Assembly (NCBI GenBank): GCA_035403785.1 | Contig: DAONFW010000001.1 | Coordinates: forward strand, 21,595 to 85,594 | From: Minisyncoccota bacterium | GTDB taxonomy: Bacteria; Patescibacteriota; Minisyncoccia; Phycocordibacterales; UBA9973 | Length of the DNA stretch: 64,000 nucleotides | Direction: 5' to 3' | In this document: positions 50,859 to 61,523 of the stretch, one piece after another | Layout: every line of letters starts with the position of its first letter | Numbering within the stretch: position 1 is the stretch's first letter | The notes under the pieces: generated by a model | Seen by the model: the letters and a program-made list of their open reading frames with translations, nothing else | Told to the model about the DNA's origin: nothing | Database searches by the model: none | Program-made: the position numbers and the translations under genes

Positions 50859-52223
50859 TTAACAATTTAAAATAACAGTGCTTCCCTCTTCTGGAACATG
50901 CGCTTCAACTCCTAAATTATCCAAAAGCTTCTGAGAAAGATACATTGAGGATCTCGGTTCACCCATAACCACAAAAACTTTTTTAAGTGTTTCCATTGAA
51001 TTTTCAACAAACTTTAACAATGCATCTGAATCTTTATGTCCAGAATAACCACTTATTGTTACAACTCTTGCTCTCACTGGAACATCTTCACCATATATTT
51101 TTACAGTTTTTATTCCTTCTTGAATCAAACGTCCAATTGTTCCAACTGCTTGATAACCAGTGAGAAGAATAATATTGTTTGGATCTGGTAAATAATGTTT
51201 TTCATGGTGCACAATTCTTCCACCTGAAGACATGCCAGAACCAGCAATTATTATTTTTGGATTTGGCACTTCATTTATTTTTTTTGATTCTTCTGAATGC
51301 AAAGTCAAATGGAGTCCTGGAAATTCAAATAAATGTTTTTCGTTCACCATGACTTTCTGCGCTTTAACGTTAAAATAATCTTTGTATCTTTCAAAAACCT
51401 CAGTCAGACGAATAGCTAGAGGAGAATCCAAAAAGACTGGCATCACAGGAACTCGATTGTGCTCCACGAGATCGTCCATTTCGAATAAAAGTTCCTGTGC
51501 TCTTTCCAAAGAAAAAGTTGGGATAATCAAAGTACCTTTTGCTTTATAATTATCTTCTATCGTAGCTTCTAGTAATTTTTTTCTGTCGTCTCTTGATTCA
51601 TGATTTCTATCTCCATAAACACTTTCCATTATTAAATAATCTATGTCATCTATCTTTTCTGTGTCTGGTAACAATGGCGATGGGCTATTGCCCAAATCTC
51701 CAGTAAACAAAATTTTCTTTTTATTATAAATAAACTCAACCATTGCAGAGCCTAAAATATGTCCAGAATCTCTGAAAGAAACTTCAAAATTGTCTGCGAG
51801 CTTTATTGTTTTATGATATTCGAATCCTTCCCAAAGAGATAGAGTTTTTTCTATTGTTTCTTCGTTATAGATTTCTTCTAGATTGTATTCTTTATTTTTA
51901 GAAAGAATCGTCATTGTATCTTCTAACATCGGACGAGCCAACGCTTGAGTTGGTAAAGTAGAATAAATTTTTCCTTCAAAACCTTCTTTAACCAATTTGG
52001 GAATTCTTCCCAAATGATCTATGTGTGCATGCGTAACAAAAAGGATATCAATTTGTTTTGGATCATATGGAAATTTGTCCCAGTTTATATCATCAGCAAG
52101 TTTTATCCCCTGAGTCAACCCGCAGTCTACTAAAATTTTTTTACCTTCGACTTCAAATAGAAAATTGGCACCGGTAACCGTACCTGTTCCACCACAAAAT
52201 GTTAACTTAGCAATACGTGACAT
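50859..52223 (-). CDS. Metallo-beta-lactamase/beta-CASP ribonuclease
   Basis: THAHIDH, GHILGS, TGDLG, MESVYG, SGHKD. Confidence 0.92.
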   Translation of the reverse strand: MSRIAKLTFCGGTGTVTGANFLFEVEGKKILVDCGLTQGIKLADDINWDKFPYDPKQIDILFVTHAHIDHLGRIPKLVKEGFEGKIYSTLPTQALARPMLEDTMTILSKNKEYNLEEIYNEETIEKTLSLWEGFEYHKTIKLADNFEVSFRDSGHILGSAMVEFIYNKKKILFTGDLGNSPSPLLPDTEKIDDIDYLIMESVYGDRNHESRDDRKKLLEATIEDNYKAKGTLIIPTFSLERAQELLFEMDDLVEHNRVPVMPVFLDSPLAIRLTEVFERYKDYFNVKAQKVMVNEKHLFEFPGLHLTLHSEESKKINEVPNPKIIIAGSGMSSGGRIVHHEKHYLPDPNNIILLTGYQAVGTIGRLIQEGIKTVKIYGEDVPVRARVVTISGYSGHKDSDALLKFVENSMETLKKVFVVMGEPRSSMYLSQKLLDNLGVEAHVPEEGSTVILNC

Positions 52224-52230
52224 GAACTTA

Positions 52231-52632
52231 TTATAACTTATTTTCTTCTTTTATAAAAATTCTTTTTACAAAATAAATAGTAGCGAAAGTACCACCAGCC
52301 AAATCACAAAAAATATCAGAAACAGTATCTAAAATATTAAAAGGATTTTGTGCAATTGTTTCGTTAACAAATATTTCAAAAAATTCCCAAAAAATGCCAA
52401 TTGTTAAAACAATAAGCAATATTTGTATTATATATTTATAAGTTATTTTTTGTTCTTTGGTAGGAAATATCCAAAGCGCAGCCAAAGCAACCCAAAAGCC
52501 ACCCAGAGTGTGCATGATTATATCAAAATACCATACAGAATAATACCAATAAAACTTACTTCCAATGAAATTCAAAAAGAAAATAAACAATATAACTGTG
52601 GCTAACCGGATAAAAAGTTTTTTCTTGTCCAT
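52231..52632 (-). CDS. Small membrane protein (DUF2238/VanZ-like)
   Basis: DIIMH, WEFFE and DTVSD motifs within TM helices. Confidence 0.6.
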   Translation of the reverse strand: MDKKKLFIRLATVILFIFFLNFIGSKFYWYYSVWYFDIIMHTLGGFWVALAALWIFPTKEQKITYKYIIQILLIVLTIGIFWEFFEIFVNETIAQNPFNILDTVSDIFCDLAGGTFATIYFVKRIFIKEENKL

Positions 52633-52697
52633 TTTTTAATTATATCTTAAAAATTCTGTTAGAAAAGAAAAAATCCGTGTAAAAACGGATATCTTCT

Positions 52698-52824
52698 TAG
52701 GACTATTTTCAATATATTACCCTAGCTTTAAACTAGGTGGATGCTAGACACAAGGGACCAAGGTCGATTGCGATCGAAGCTTCCATATATATAGTGTTCT
52801 AGGTAATAATTGAAAATAACCCTA
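52698..52824 (-). ncRNA. Candidate structured small RNA of unknown family
   Basis: Promoter TTGCAA-N16-TAGAAT (52857..52830), long closing stem, then terminator ATCCGT..ACGGAT-T6. Confidence 0.5.
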
Positions 52825-52945
52825 CTTAAATTCTAACCAAAAAATTTTCTTTTGCAATAGAAAAAATCAAAAAACCATAACTTATTTTAAAAAACAAGTT
52901 GCAAAAAATAAAAACCCACTTTTGTGGGTTTTTATTTAAAAAAAT

Positions 52946-53461
52946 TTATTTTTTCTTTGTCTGAGTAAATTTTTCATGAACAACCTCGTAGTCAAAAAGC
53001 TCGTTTTCAGAAAACCAATGACTTATTTCTAGTTTTGCTTCTTCTTCATTTCCAGACGCATGAATTAAATTTGGAATTCCAACTTTGTTAACATCACCAT
53101 GCGTATAACTCATATGAGCATAATCCCCTCGAATCGTACCAGGCTGAGCTGACTTTGGCTCTGTTGAACCAACCATCTTTCTAACTAAAGTTACAGCTTC
53201 AATCCCTTCCAAAACGAAAGCAACTACTGGACCAGCACTCATCATTTCTAAAGTTACATCAAAAACATCTTTTCCTCTTCGGGAAACTAATTTCCCTATT
53301 TTTTCATAATGATGAAAAAAATGATCATAATCTGGCTGAAGCATTTTTGCTCCAACTATTTTTAATCCGACTCTTTCAAACCGAGATAAAATTTCACCCA
53401 TTACTCCACGCTGAACAGCGTCCGGTTTAAAAACTATTAGGGTTCTCTCCAAATGTGCCAT
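52946..53461 (-). CDS. ndk: Nucleoside diphosphate kinase
   Basis: ERTLIVFKPDAVQR, PGTIRGD, NLIHAS. Confidence 0.96.
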   Translation of the reverse strand: MAHLERTLIVFKPDAVQRGVMGEILSRFERVGLKIVGAKMLQPDYDHFFHHYEKIGKLVSRRGKDVFDVTLEMMSAGPVVAFVLEGIEAVTLVRKMVGSTEPKSAQPGTIRGDYAHMSYTHGDVNKVGIPNLIHASGNEEEAKLEISHWFSENELFDYEVVHEKFTQTKKK

Positions 53462-53536
53462 AAATTTAAAAATTTAAATTAATAATAAATATATCTTAGC
53501 AGAAATTGAGCTATTTTTCAAAAATATAATAAATAT

Positions 53537-56305
53537 TTATCTTTCGTATTTTCTCATAATTCCTGCTTCAATATCTTCCCTATCCCGTCCGTACTTCAAA
53601 TAAGAAAGTTCTTTCAATGGTTCTACAATTTCTAAATTTCCCTCCTCCGGAGCTATTGTGTGCATATTAAATGGTTTTGTCGGCTGCCCTTTAACTAACA
53701 TATTTACGTACGCATTATAGTTATCTAATTTCATAATATCAGCAGCTTTGAAAGTCGGTAAAAATCTTTTTTCTAAAAACTGTGCATCTTCAGAACTCAC
53801 ACGAAAAACAGCCATCGAACCAACGTTTCCAAAAACAGCATTTTTTATGCCTTCTTCAAGTTGCGAAATATATTGGTGCGCTATATTCAAAGACAATCTG
53901 TATTTTCTAGCTTCTGAAAGAATAGATGCAATAGAATCTGTAGTTACGTTTTGGAACTCGTCTATATACAAATAAAAATCATTCATCTTTTTTCCAAACA
54001 TATCTACACGAGAAAGCGCCGCCATTTGAATTTTTCCTACCAAAACTAGACCAATCAAGTTTGCATTCATTTCACCTAATCTACCTTTTGAGAGATTAAC
54101 TAGCAAAATTTTCTTGTTGTCCATTATTTCTCTGAAATTGAATACAGATTTTTCTTGAAGCACCACTGGTCGCATAATATCGTTTGAAATAAAGTTATCA
54201 AATTTAGAAGTAATATACGGCACAAAGTTCGCAAGACCTTGATCTCCTGTCGTTTGTTCTGCTGAAGCCCAAAATTGCTTAATAATAGGATTTTTACATT
54301 TTGAGAGTTTCATATCACGAAATGCCTTATCAGAAAGAATTCTAGATATTTCAAGTAAAGTACAACCAGAATCTGGATCTTCCATGGCAAGAAAAGCACT
54401 GTTCTTGAAATACTGTTCGAACATTGGACCTCCAGAGGTTTTCATATCGAAAAGCTTGTTAAAAATTCCCATCAGTTCATTCACTACAAAAGTCTTCTGT
54501 TCAGGATATTTTGGGTCAAATTCAAGCATATTAAGCCCCATTGGTCGTGCTGTATATGCAGGGTCAAAGTATATAACATCATCTATTCTATTTTCTGGAA
54601 TTCTAGAAAGGATAGTCTGAATATCAGTACCGTGTGGATCAATATAACAACAGCCATCACCATTTTTAATATCCTGAGTTATCATGTTTAACATAATATT
54701 AGTCTTACCTGTCCCGGTCTGACCAATTACATACATATGACGGACTCTATCTTCGCGAGCCATACGAATTTCTGTATCTTTGCCACGATAGCTATTTATA
54801 CCCAACACAATCCCCTCTTGCCCCATTTCAAACGGAGCTGGGGCAATTCCTGCTTTTGCTTCCTTAAGTTGTCCTTGACCAGTAATTCCAACAGGAAAAT
54901 GAAATACTGAAGAAAGTTCTTTTAAGTTCATCGGCAAAATTTTATTTGAAGGAAATGTTCGGTAAGAAAAATCATGAAAGAAATTTTTTAAATCTCCACC
55001 AGTCATTTTTTCAAAAACAATAGAATTACTTGCTGATTCAGTAAACTGATTAAAAGAAGATTCTATGTCACCCAAAATAGCGTCCGCCCTTTCTTTTGTT
55101 TCAGCAGAAGTGGCTATTCGAATACTTGCTTTCATAATAGAACTCTTCAATTTTTTATTAATATTTTCAACAGCGTTCTGGTCAACCGCTCGTCTACCTT
55201 TCATATATTTTTCTTTCTTTTCTTCTTCTGTTTTTTTTGTATCAAAAAATAAACCTTTTGCCGCCTGCATAAAAGCTTTATTGAACTTATAAAAATTATC
55301 AGCAGCATATTTGACAGACATACCATCTTTTACATCGTCTAAAATCAGATGAAATTGATCTATAAATTTAGTTCCAGCTGGAGCAACCAATAACTGAATC
55401 GCTGCTCCCTCCCCTTCAGATTTTAATTTTGTGAATACATTCAAAATAGTATTCATTGGGTCATGATCTATTTCTTCATAAGTTTTTATAGGTAAAACTG
55501 GACGCTCTAAAAAGCTTGCATAAGCTCCAGCTGAATATCCTTTTTCTGTAAAAATATTATAGTCATCAGAAACTTCTACAATTTTTGCATCGTGATAAAA
55601 AGCTAAAACTTGTTTTTCAAAAAGAGAAACATACTTATTTGGAACAGCGGCATAAACGACAACAGAGTCTCTGCTGTTTTCGAGAGCCACTTCTAATGTA
55701 AAATAATTTTCTTTCTCATTGTTTTTATCTTCTGCAATAGACTGCATTCCAGCATAGAACTGCTCCATTGCACCAATAAATTCTTTAAAACCTTTTTGTT
55801 TATCAGCCTCATCTTGTGGTGGAGGAAGTGTAATTTCAAAAAGCGTCATGTGCAAAGATTTATGCAACGGCGTTCCTTCTTTCAAACCCAAAATAGGCTG
55901 GCCAGTTTTCAAATACTGAATCAAAAGTCTATGAAAATCATCATCTATGTGAGGATTATTCATCGCTTCAACCACTGATATTGCATTACGAATACCTTTT
56001 GTTAAAACAATTCCCAAAAGTTCTTCCATCACTGAGTCATGCGCTTCCGGTTTCAATTTGAGTACTATTTCTCCAACTTCTTTTTCTTTCATCAACTGCG
56101 ATTTGTGCACAGCTTCTTTTGCTGGAACCTTTTTATATTCTTCTACTATATTAACTGCTGCTTTCTCGCTAGTATTTTCAAAATGTCCTAACTCTTTAAG
56201 CTCTTGCTCTCTCTTTGCCACATGCGCACGCAAATAATCAAGCTCTTCAGTCGGGCTTTTGAATTTTGGCATTTCTTTAAAAAACGAATTGGAAGATCCA
56301 AACAT
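53537..56305 (-). CDS. VirD4/TrwB-like (coupling protein/HerA superfamily) ATPase
   Basis: RHMYVIGQTGTGKT, IDPHG, YIDEFQN, SEARKY, AHQYISQL. Confidence 0.85.
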   Translation of the reverse strand: MFGSSNSFFKEMPKFKSPTEELDYLRAHVAKREQELKELGHFENTSEKAAVNIVEEYKKVPAKEAVHKSQLMKEKEVGEIVLKLKPEAHDSVMEELLGIVLTKGIRNAISVVEAMNNPHIDDDFHRLLIQYLKTGQPILGLKEGTPLHKSLHMTLFEITLPPPQDEADKQKGFKEFIGAMEQFYAGMQSIAEDKNNEKENYFTLEVALENSRDSVVVYAAVPNKYVSLFEKQVLAFYHDAKIVEVSDDYNIFTEKGYSAGAYASFLERPVLPIKTYEEIDHDPMNTILNVFTKLKSEGEGAAIQLLVAPAGTKFIDQFHLILDDVKDGMSVKYAADNFYKFNKAFMQAAKGLFFDTKKTEEEKKEKYMKGRRAVDQNAVENINKKLKSSIMKASIRIATSAETKERADAILGDIESSFNQFTESASNSIVFEKMTGGDLKNFFHDFSYRTFPSNKILPMNLKELSSVFHFPVGITGQGQLKEAKAGIAPAPFEMGQEGIVLGINSYRGKDTEIRMAREDRVRHMYVIGQTGTGKTNIMLNMITQDIKNGDGCCYIDPHGTDIQTILSRIPENRIDDVIYFDPAYTARPMGLNMLEFDPKYPEQKTFVVNELMGIFNKLFDMKTSGGPMFEQYFKNSAFLAMEDPDSGCTLLEISRILSDKAFRDMKLSKCKNPIIKQFWASAEQTTGDQGLANFVPYITSKFDNFISNDIMRPVVLQEKSVFNFREIMDNKKILLVNLSKGRLGEMNANLIGLVLVGKIQMAALSRVDMFGKKMNDFYLYIDEFQNVTTDSIASILSEARKYRLSLNIAHQYISQLEEGIKNAVFGNVGSMAVFRVSSEDAQFLEKRFLPTFKAADIMKLDNYNAYVNMLVKGQPTKPFNMHTIAPEEGNLEIVEPLKELSYLKYGRDREDIEAGIMRKYER

Positions 56306-56477
56306 ACTCTATATTATACAGCAAAATCCTTATTTTAATGATATTTTATATACTTGACTTTTTATGTTTATTATGATATACTGTTCTTGTAGTTAATTAA
56401 GAGAAAGTATATAATATAAACAAATAGAAATTAGTATTATTAGTCGATTTTATAAAAAATTAATTAAAAAAATATTT

Positions 56478-56939
56478 ATGAGTAATCAAGAATTTCCACC
56501 AAGATCAAGCGATCAAGCTGATGTATTGGAAAACAAAGTTTCTAATGTAGAAACTCCAAAAGTATTAAGTGAACAAGAAAAATTAGCCGCTGAAGCTATG
56601 CAACAGCAAAAAGGAACAGAGAAAATTACAAAAGAAGAAAAAGAAAAAATTGGCATTTGGACAAAATTAGGAAGAACATTTAATACAGAGAAAGCTTGGA
56701 AAAACGCTCCTATCGCTGCCTTAGAAAAGCATGCGGAACAAGTATTTAAGAATCCTGGTGGCAAAAGAAAAATGATGAGATATCAGGAATTAAAAAATTC
56801 CGGAGATCTTGATAGAGCAAAAGCATTCTTAATAGCTATTAGCGCACAGAATTATGAGCTTCCAGATGAAAAAACATATGATGATGTAAACAAAAGATAC
56901 ACGAAAGACACTGACACAGGAGGAACATTTGGGCAATAA
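56478..56939 (+). CDS. Hypothetical protein
   Basis: 153-aa ORF with an upstream TTGACT promoter and a downstream terminator hairpin. Confidence 0.65.
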   Translation: MSNQEFPPRSSDQADVLENKVSNVETPKVLSEQEKLAAEAMQQQKGTEKITKEEKEKIGIWTKLGRTFNTEKAWKNAPIAALEKHAEQVFKNPGGKRKMMRYQELKNSGDLDRAKAFLIAISAQNYELPDEKTYDDVNKRYTKDTDTGGTFGQ

Positions 56940-56997
56940 TATATATTTATCGTTACACAAAACAAAAACCCGCGTTATGTGGGTTTTTGTTTTGTTT

Positions 56998-57765
56998 TTA
57001 AATTTTAGTTAAAATTTCTGGGTCACCGTCTGTAATCAAAACAGTATGCTCGAAGTGAGCGCTCTTTTTTTTGTCTAATGTTGTAAAAGTCCAATCATCA
57101 TCTTCTACCACAACGTGTTTGGAACCGTTATTTAGCATCGGCTCTATCGCTATCACCATCCCTTTTCGCAACTTCTCACCCTTGCCCGGTTTCCCAAAAT
57201 TTGGAATAAAAGGATCTTCATGAATTTTTTTTCCTACGCCATGGCCAGCCAAAACTTCTACAATTCCGTATTTATGTTTTTTTACAAAATTTTCTATCGC
57301 ATGACCAATGTCTCCAGTGTGGTTCCCTTCTCTCGCAGCTTCAATACCGATTTCTAAAGCTTTCTGGGTTACTTCTATCAACTTTTTAGATGAATTACTT
57401 ATTTCTCCCACACCAACAGTCATCGCCATATCTGAAAAATAACCGTCGTGCTCTAGACCCAAATCAATAGATACGATATCCCCTTCTTTTAAAATTCTAT
57501 TTTTCTTTGGTATTCCGTGCACAACTTCTTCGTTTACTGAAACACACAAAGCTGCGGGAAAAGCGTAACTCGCTCCTTCCGGCTTGTAATTCAAAAAAGC
57601 CGGGCGATCACCCATATCTCTGATTAACTTTTCTGCGTATTTATCAAGATCCCATGTTGAAATACCAGGCTTTATCATGTCTTTAACTTTATTCAAAACA
57701 ACAGCGAGCCTTCTGCTTGCCTCTCGAATTTTCTCTATTTCTTTTTCTGTTTTTATAATTACCAT
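56998..57765 (-). CDS. map: Methionine aminopeptidase, type I
   Basis: SVNEEVVHGIP, GHGVG, IEPM, SAHFEHT. Confidence 0.97.
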   Translation of the reverse strand: MVIIKTEKEIEKIREASRRLAVVLNKVKDMIKPGISTWDLDKYAEKLIRDMGDRPAFLNYKPEGASYAFPAALCVSVNEEVVHGIPKKNRILKEGDIVSIDLGLEHDGYFSDMAMTVGVGEISNSSKKLIEVTQKALEIGIEAAREGNHTGDIGHAIENFVKKHKYGIVEVLAGHGVGKKIHEDPFIPNFGKPGKGEKLRKGMVIAIEPMLNNGSKHVVVEDDDWTFTTLDKKKSAHFEHTVLITDGDPEILTKI

Positions 57766-57796
57766 ATTCTAGTTTTTAATTTATTTTTACCTGATT

Positions 57797-58486
57797 TTAT
57801 TTGATTAGCGTGCCTAAAAATTTACCATTTTCTAAATAGCCTGTCAAATTAGAAACTGGTTTTCCGTTCATGATAACAACTTCTATGCCAACAGTTTCCG
57901 CTTCTCTAGCGGCAGTAGGATCAAACGGTGTATTTAATCCTGGATTCCAATCAGTTGGAATTAATTTTCTATATTCAGCCCATGAGATCTCTTCGATCTT
58001 CTTTGCGTCTGGATTTAGCTTCGGATCTGAATCATAGACATAGTCGGTATTTGAAAGATTTATAACAACTTTTGCTCCGACTTTTTTAGCTAATTCGATA
58101 GCGTCCCAATCTGTGCTGTGCCCTGGTTCATAGGCAGAACCAATATAAATTGGTCTTTTGAAATCTAAATTTTCAGAAAAATCACTAACAACTTTTTCGT
58201 TCGCGTATTCACCAAAGATAGTTCTAATTAGTTCTGCGTTTAATTTTAAAGAAGCGATCCCAATCCAATCCAAATCATCATTATTTGGCGTTGAAATTTC
58301 CTTAGCTGCATTCTGATATTTTCTACAAATTTTTCCGCCACCAGTTATAATGATAAATTTTTTATTTTTGGCAACCTGAGAAAGAATCAATTCTCTAAAA
58401 TCTTTCAAGAAATCAACATCTATTTGCTCTGGCACTATCAAAGAACCTCCTAGTGAGATTATAATTATGTCTTCTTTATGTTCCAT
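57797..58486 (-). CDS. pyrH: UMP kinase (archaeal-type)
   Basis: ISLGGS, TGGGKICRKY, PGHSTD, VYDSDPK, PFDP. Confidence 0.9.
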   Translation of the reverse strand: MEHKEDIIIISLGGSLIVPEQIDVDFLKDFRELILSQVAKNKKFIIITGGGKICRKYQNAAKEISTPNNDDLDWIGIASLKLNAELIRTIFGEYANEKVVSDFSENLDFKRPIYIGSAYEPGHSTDWDAIELAKKVGAKVVINLSNTDYVYDSDPKLNPDAKKIEEISWAEYRKLIPTDWNPGLNTPFDPTAAREAETVGIEVVIMNGKPVSNLTGYLENGKFLGTLIK

Positions 58487-58491
58487 ATTAT

Positions 58492-59079
58492 TTATATTGC
58501 TAAAGCTTTAATAATATCTTTGTGCACATCTTCAACAGATTGTTCTCCGTTTATCGTTATTATCTCATAGCCAGCTTTCTCAAGAAAATAATTCATAGCT
58601 GGAACTACGTTGTTTTTATACTCATTAAATCTTCTTCTTAATCCTTCTTCAGTATCATCTGCTCTGCCTCTCAATAAATTTCTCTTCATTGCTTCTTCTT
58701 CTGAAAGTTCTATATAAATAATTTTTATATTTTCTCTTTTGAAAAATTGCATCATTTTTTCAAAACTTTCAGACTGCTCAACAGTTCTTGGATAGCCATC
58801 TGCGATCAAATGCTTATTTTCATCCAAAGAAGAAATTAGCACATTAGTGAAAAGCGCTGTCGTCAAAAAGTTTGGCTGAAGCTCACCTTTGTTCATCGAG
58901 TCTTTTATCAATTTTGCCGTAAAATTGTCTAATTCTAGGATTTTTCTAAACTCTTCCCCTGTCCCACCATAGACAATATCTCTATTATCTTTAGTCTTTA
59001 TGTATTCCATCAAGAGTTTAATTTGAGTCCCCTTGCCAGAGCCGACCTGACCGAAAAATACGAAAGTTTGTGTTTGCAT
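58492..59079 (-). CDS. adk: Adenylate kinase (short, LID-less)
   Basis: GSGKGTQ, DGYPRT, RGRADD. Confidence 0.88.
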   Translation of the reverse strand: MQTQTFVFFGQVGSGKGTQIKLLMEYIKTKDNRDIVYGGTGEEFRKILELDNFTAKLIKDSMNKGELQPNFLTTALFTNVLISSLDENKHLIADGYPRTVEQSESFEKMMQFFKRENIKIIYIELSEEEAMKRNLLRGRADDTEEGLRRRFNEYKNNVVPAMNYFLEKAGYEIITINGEQSVEDVHKDIIKALAI

Positions 59080-59142
59080 TATATTAGAATACAAAATTTG
59101 AGCTTAAAAATCAATAATGCTATTATTTAGTTATAAAATAAT

Positions 59143-59709
59143 ATGAAAAAAGAAATTATAACAATAGCTGGTACTGCAGGCAGCGGAAAGTCTAGTACTG
59201 CAAACTTAGTAGCTCAAAAACTTGGTTTTAAAAGATTCTCATCTGGAGACTTCATGCGAAAAATCGCTTTAGAGTTAAATATGAGTCTAGACGAGCTTTC
59301 AACCAAGGCTGAAACAGATAGCTCTATCGACGAAAAAATAGACGCAGAAGTTAAGAAAGCCGGTGAAAATACTAAACTAGTAATAGATTCACGCTTAGCT
59401 TTTCATTGGATACCAGATTCTTTCAAGGTATTTTTGGATTTATCACCAGAAATAGCAAAAAATAGAATTCTAAGCGACCTGAAAACTAACACGCTCAGAA
59501 AACAAAGCGAAGATGCTTCCAGTCCAGAAGAAATTTATAAAAAAATAACAGACCGTTTAGAAAGTGAGAAAAAAAGATACATGCAGCTTTACAACATAGA
59601 TTATACAGATAAAAATAATTATGATTTGGTTATAAATACAGATATAAATAATCTAGAAGAAGTGGCAAATATAGTAGTAACTGGCTATAAAAATTGGCTA
59701 GAAAAATAA
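59143..59709 (+). CDS. cmk: Cytidylate kinase (archaeal-type)
   Basis: ITIAGTAGSGKS, SSGDFMR, IDSRLA, YDLVINTD. Confidence 0.85.
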   Translation: MKKEIITIAGTAGSGKSSTANLVAQKLGFKRFSSGDFMRKIALELNMSLDELSTKAETDSSIDEKIDAEVKKAGENTKLVIDSRLAFHWIPDSFKVFLDLSPEIAKNRILSDLKTNTLRKQSEDASSPEEIYKKITDRLESEKKRYMQLYNIDYTDKNNYDLVINTDINNLEEVANIVVTGYKNWLEK

Positions 59710-59802
59710 AATTTTAGAAATTTAAAAAAATCAAAAAGTAAATAAAAAATAAAAACCCGAACTCGGGTTTTTATTTTTCTGATTTTTTCTATTAAGCTGC
59801 TC

Positions 59803-61074
59803 TTAGTATTCTCGCATTGAGATCTGTGCGTCTATTTTCTTTATCAAATCTAGAAGTACTGAGACAACGATCAACAAAGCTGTACCGCCAAGAGCTATCG
59901 CTGTTATTCCCGTAACTGCTCTCATAATCAAAGGCAAAATTGCAATGAATCCCAAGAAGACTGCTCCAAGCATTGTAATTCTGTTTAGAACTTTGGTGAT
60001 ATAAACTGAAGTTGATTGACCTGGTCTAATTCCTGGAATGAAAGCTCCGTTTTTCTGTAAGTTAGTTGAAAGTGCTTCTGGATCAAAAGTAACTGCTGTG
60101 TAGAAGTATGTGAACAAGAAGACTAAAACGAAATACAAAACTCCGTACAATAATGAAGTTTGAGAAAATGAAGAAAGTGCGTGTGAAATTTTCAAAACTG
60201 TAGCATTACTTGAACTTGCCAAAAAGTTTCCGATCATTTGAGGAAAAAGCAAAATTGACAAGGCAAAGATTATCGGAATAACTCCAGCTTGGTTCACACG
60301 TAATGGAATATAAGTAGAACCTCCACCGTACATTTTTGCTCCCCTAACCTGTTTTGCATAAGTAACTGGAATTGGTCTTTCTGCTTCTGTAACTATAACA
60401 ACTCCTGCTACTACTAAAATTCCAACAACTATAAACATTATATAAAGTGGAATTTGTGATACATCAAATGAGAACAAAAGTTGTCCAACTTCAGAAGGAA
60501 TTCTTGAAACGATACCGGCAAAAATCAACATTGAAACTCCATTTCCAATACCGAATTCTGTCATTAATTCTCCGATCCACATTAGCAACATTGATCCTGC
60601 AATAACAATCACCATATTTGTAATTCTGTCGAAAACAGTTAAGTTTACCAAAATATTTTGACGTTCTAATATTGCCAAAAGACTATAACCTTGAATTGCA
60701 GCTAACGGAATCGTAAGCAGTCTTGAATACTGAGTGAATTTCTTTCTGCCTAATTCTCCTTCTTCATGATAAAGCCTCTTAAGAGCTGGAACCATGATAG
60801 TCAAAAGCTGCATGATGATAGAACTTGTGATATAAGGTCCAACTCCAAGCATTATGATCGAAAGATTTGAAAGTCCACCTCCAGAAAAAATGTTTAGAAT
60901 TCCGAAAAACTGGTTATTAGATAAGAATCTATTAAGCTGCACTGTATCGATTCCAGGAATTGGAATAGCAGAAAGTAATCTGAAAATAACCAAACCTCCT
61001 AACATAAACAGAATCTTATTTCTCAAAGATTTATCTGACCAAACTAATTTAATTTTGCTTAAAAATTTGTCCAT
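59803..61074 (-). CDS. secY: Preprotein translocase SecY
   Basis: LGVGPYITSSII, GIGNGVS, FIPGIRPG, GGTALLIVV. Confidence 0.98.
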   Translation of the reverse strand: MDKFLSKIKLVWSDKSLRNKILFMLGGLVIFRLLSAIPIPGIDTVQLNRFLSNNQFFGILNIFSGGGLSNLSIIMLGVGPYITSSIIMQLLTIMVPALKRLYHEEGELGRKKFTQYSRLLTIPLAAIQGYSLLAILERQNILVNLTVFDRITNMVIVIAGSMLLMWIGELMTEFGIGNGVSMLIFAGIVSRIPSEVGQLLFSFDVSQIPLYIMFIVVGILVVAGVVIVTEAERPIPVTYAKQVRGAKMYGGGSTYIPLRVNQAGVIPIIFALSILLFPQMIGNFLASSSNATVLKISHALSSFSQTSLLYGVLYFVLVFLFTYFYTAVTFDPEALSTNLQKNGAFIPGIRPGQSTSVYITKVLNRITMLGAVFLGFIAILPLIMRAVTGITAIALGGTALLIVVSVLLDLIKKIDAQISMREY

Positions 61075-61089
61075 AATTTTTATAAATTT

Positions 61090-61512
61090 TTATAAAACTG
61101 AACCACCGGCCTTTTCTATCTTTTCTTTTGCTGAAGCTGAAACAGAACATTTTGAAACTTGAATTTTAATTCCAAAATCTCTTTTACCAGCTAAAATTTT
61201 AACAGCTGGCACAACTCCTTTTTTCTTTTTTATTATATTCAATTCTAAAAGCTTAGTTGGATTGATTTCTCCATCTTTTGTAATCTTATCTAGAGATACA
61301 CCCACTGGTTTAATCTGGAAAGAATTGAATCTGTATCCTCTGTTCTTTGGTAATCTTTTTATGATGTCACGAAGTTCTGGACGTCTCTTGTTACCAGCTC
61401 TCGCTGTTTGTCCTTTTCCTCCACGACCAGAAGTCTTTGCGTGTTTTCCACCACGTCCGACTATTCTGTCTTTTTTATTCTTATGTGTTCTTTTAACGTT
61501 ATGTATTTGCAT
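61090..61512 (-). CDS. rplO: 50S ribosomal protein L15
   Basis: GRGGKGQTAR, KIEKAGG. Confidence 0.96.
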   Translation of the reverse strand: MQIHNVKRTHKNKKDRIVGRGGKHAKTSGRGGKGQTARAGNKRRPELRDIIKRLPKNRGYRFNSFQIKPVGVSLDKITKDGEINPTKLLELNIIKKKKGVVPAVKILAGKRDFGIKIQVSKCSVSASAKEKIEKAGGSVL

Positions 61513-61523
61513 AAAAATTTAAA

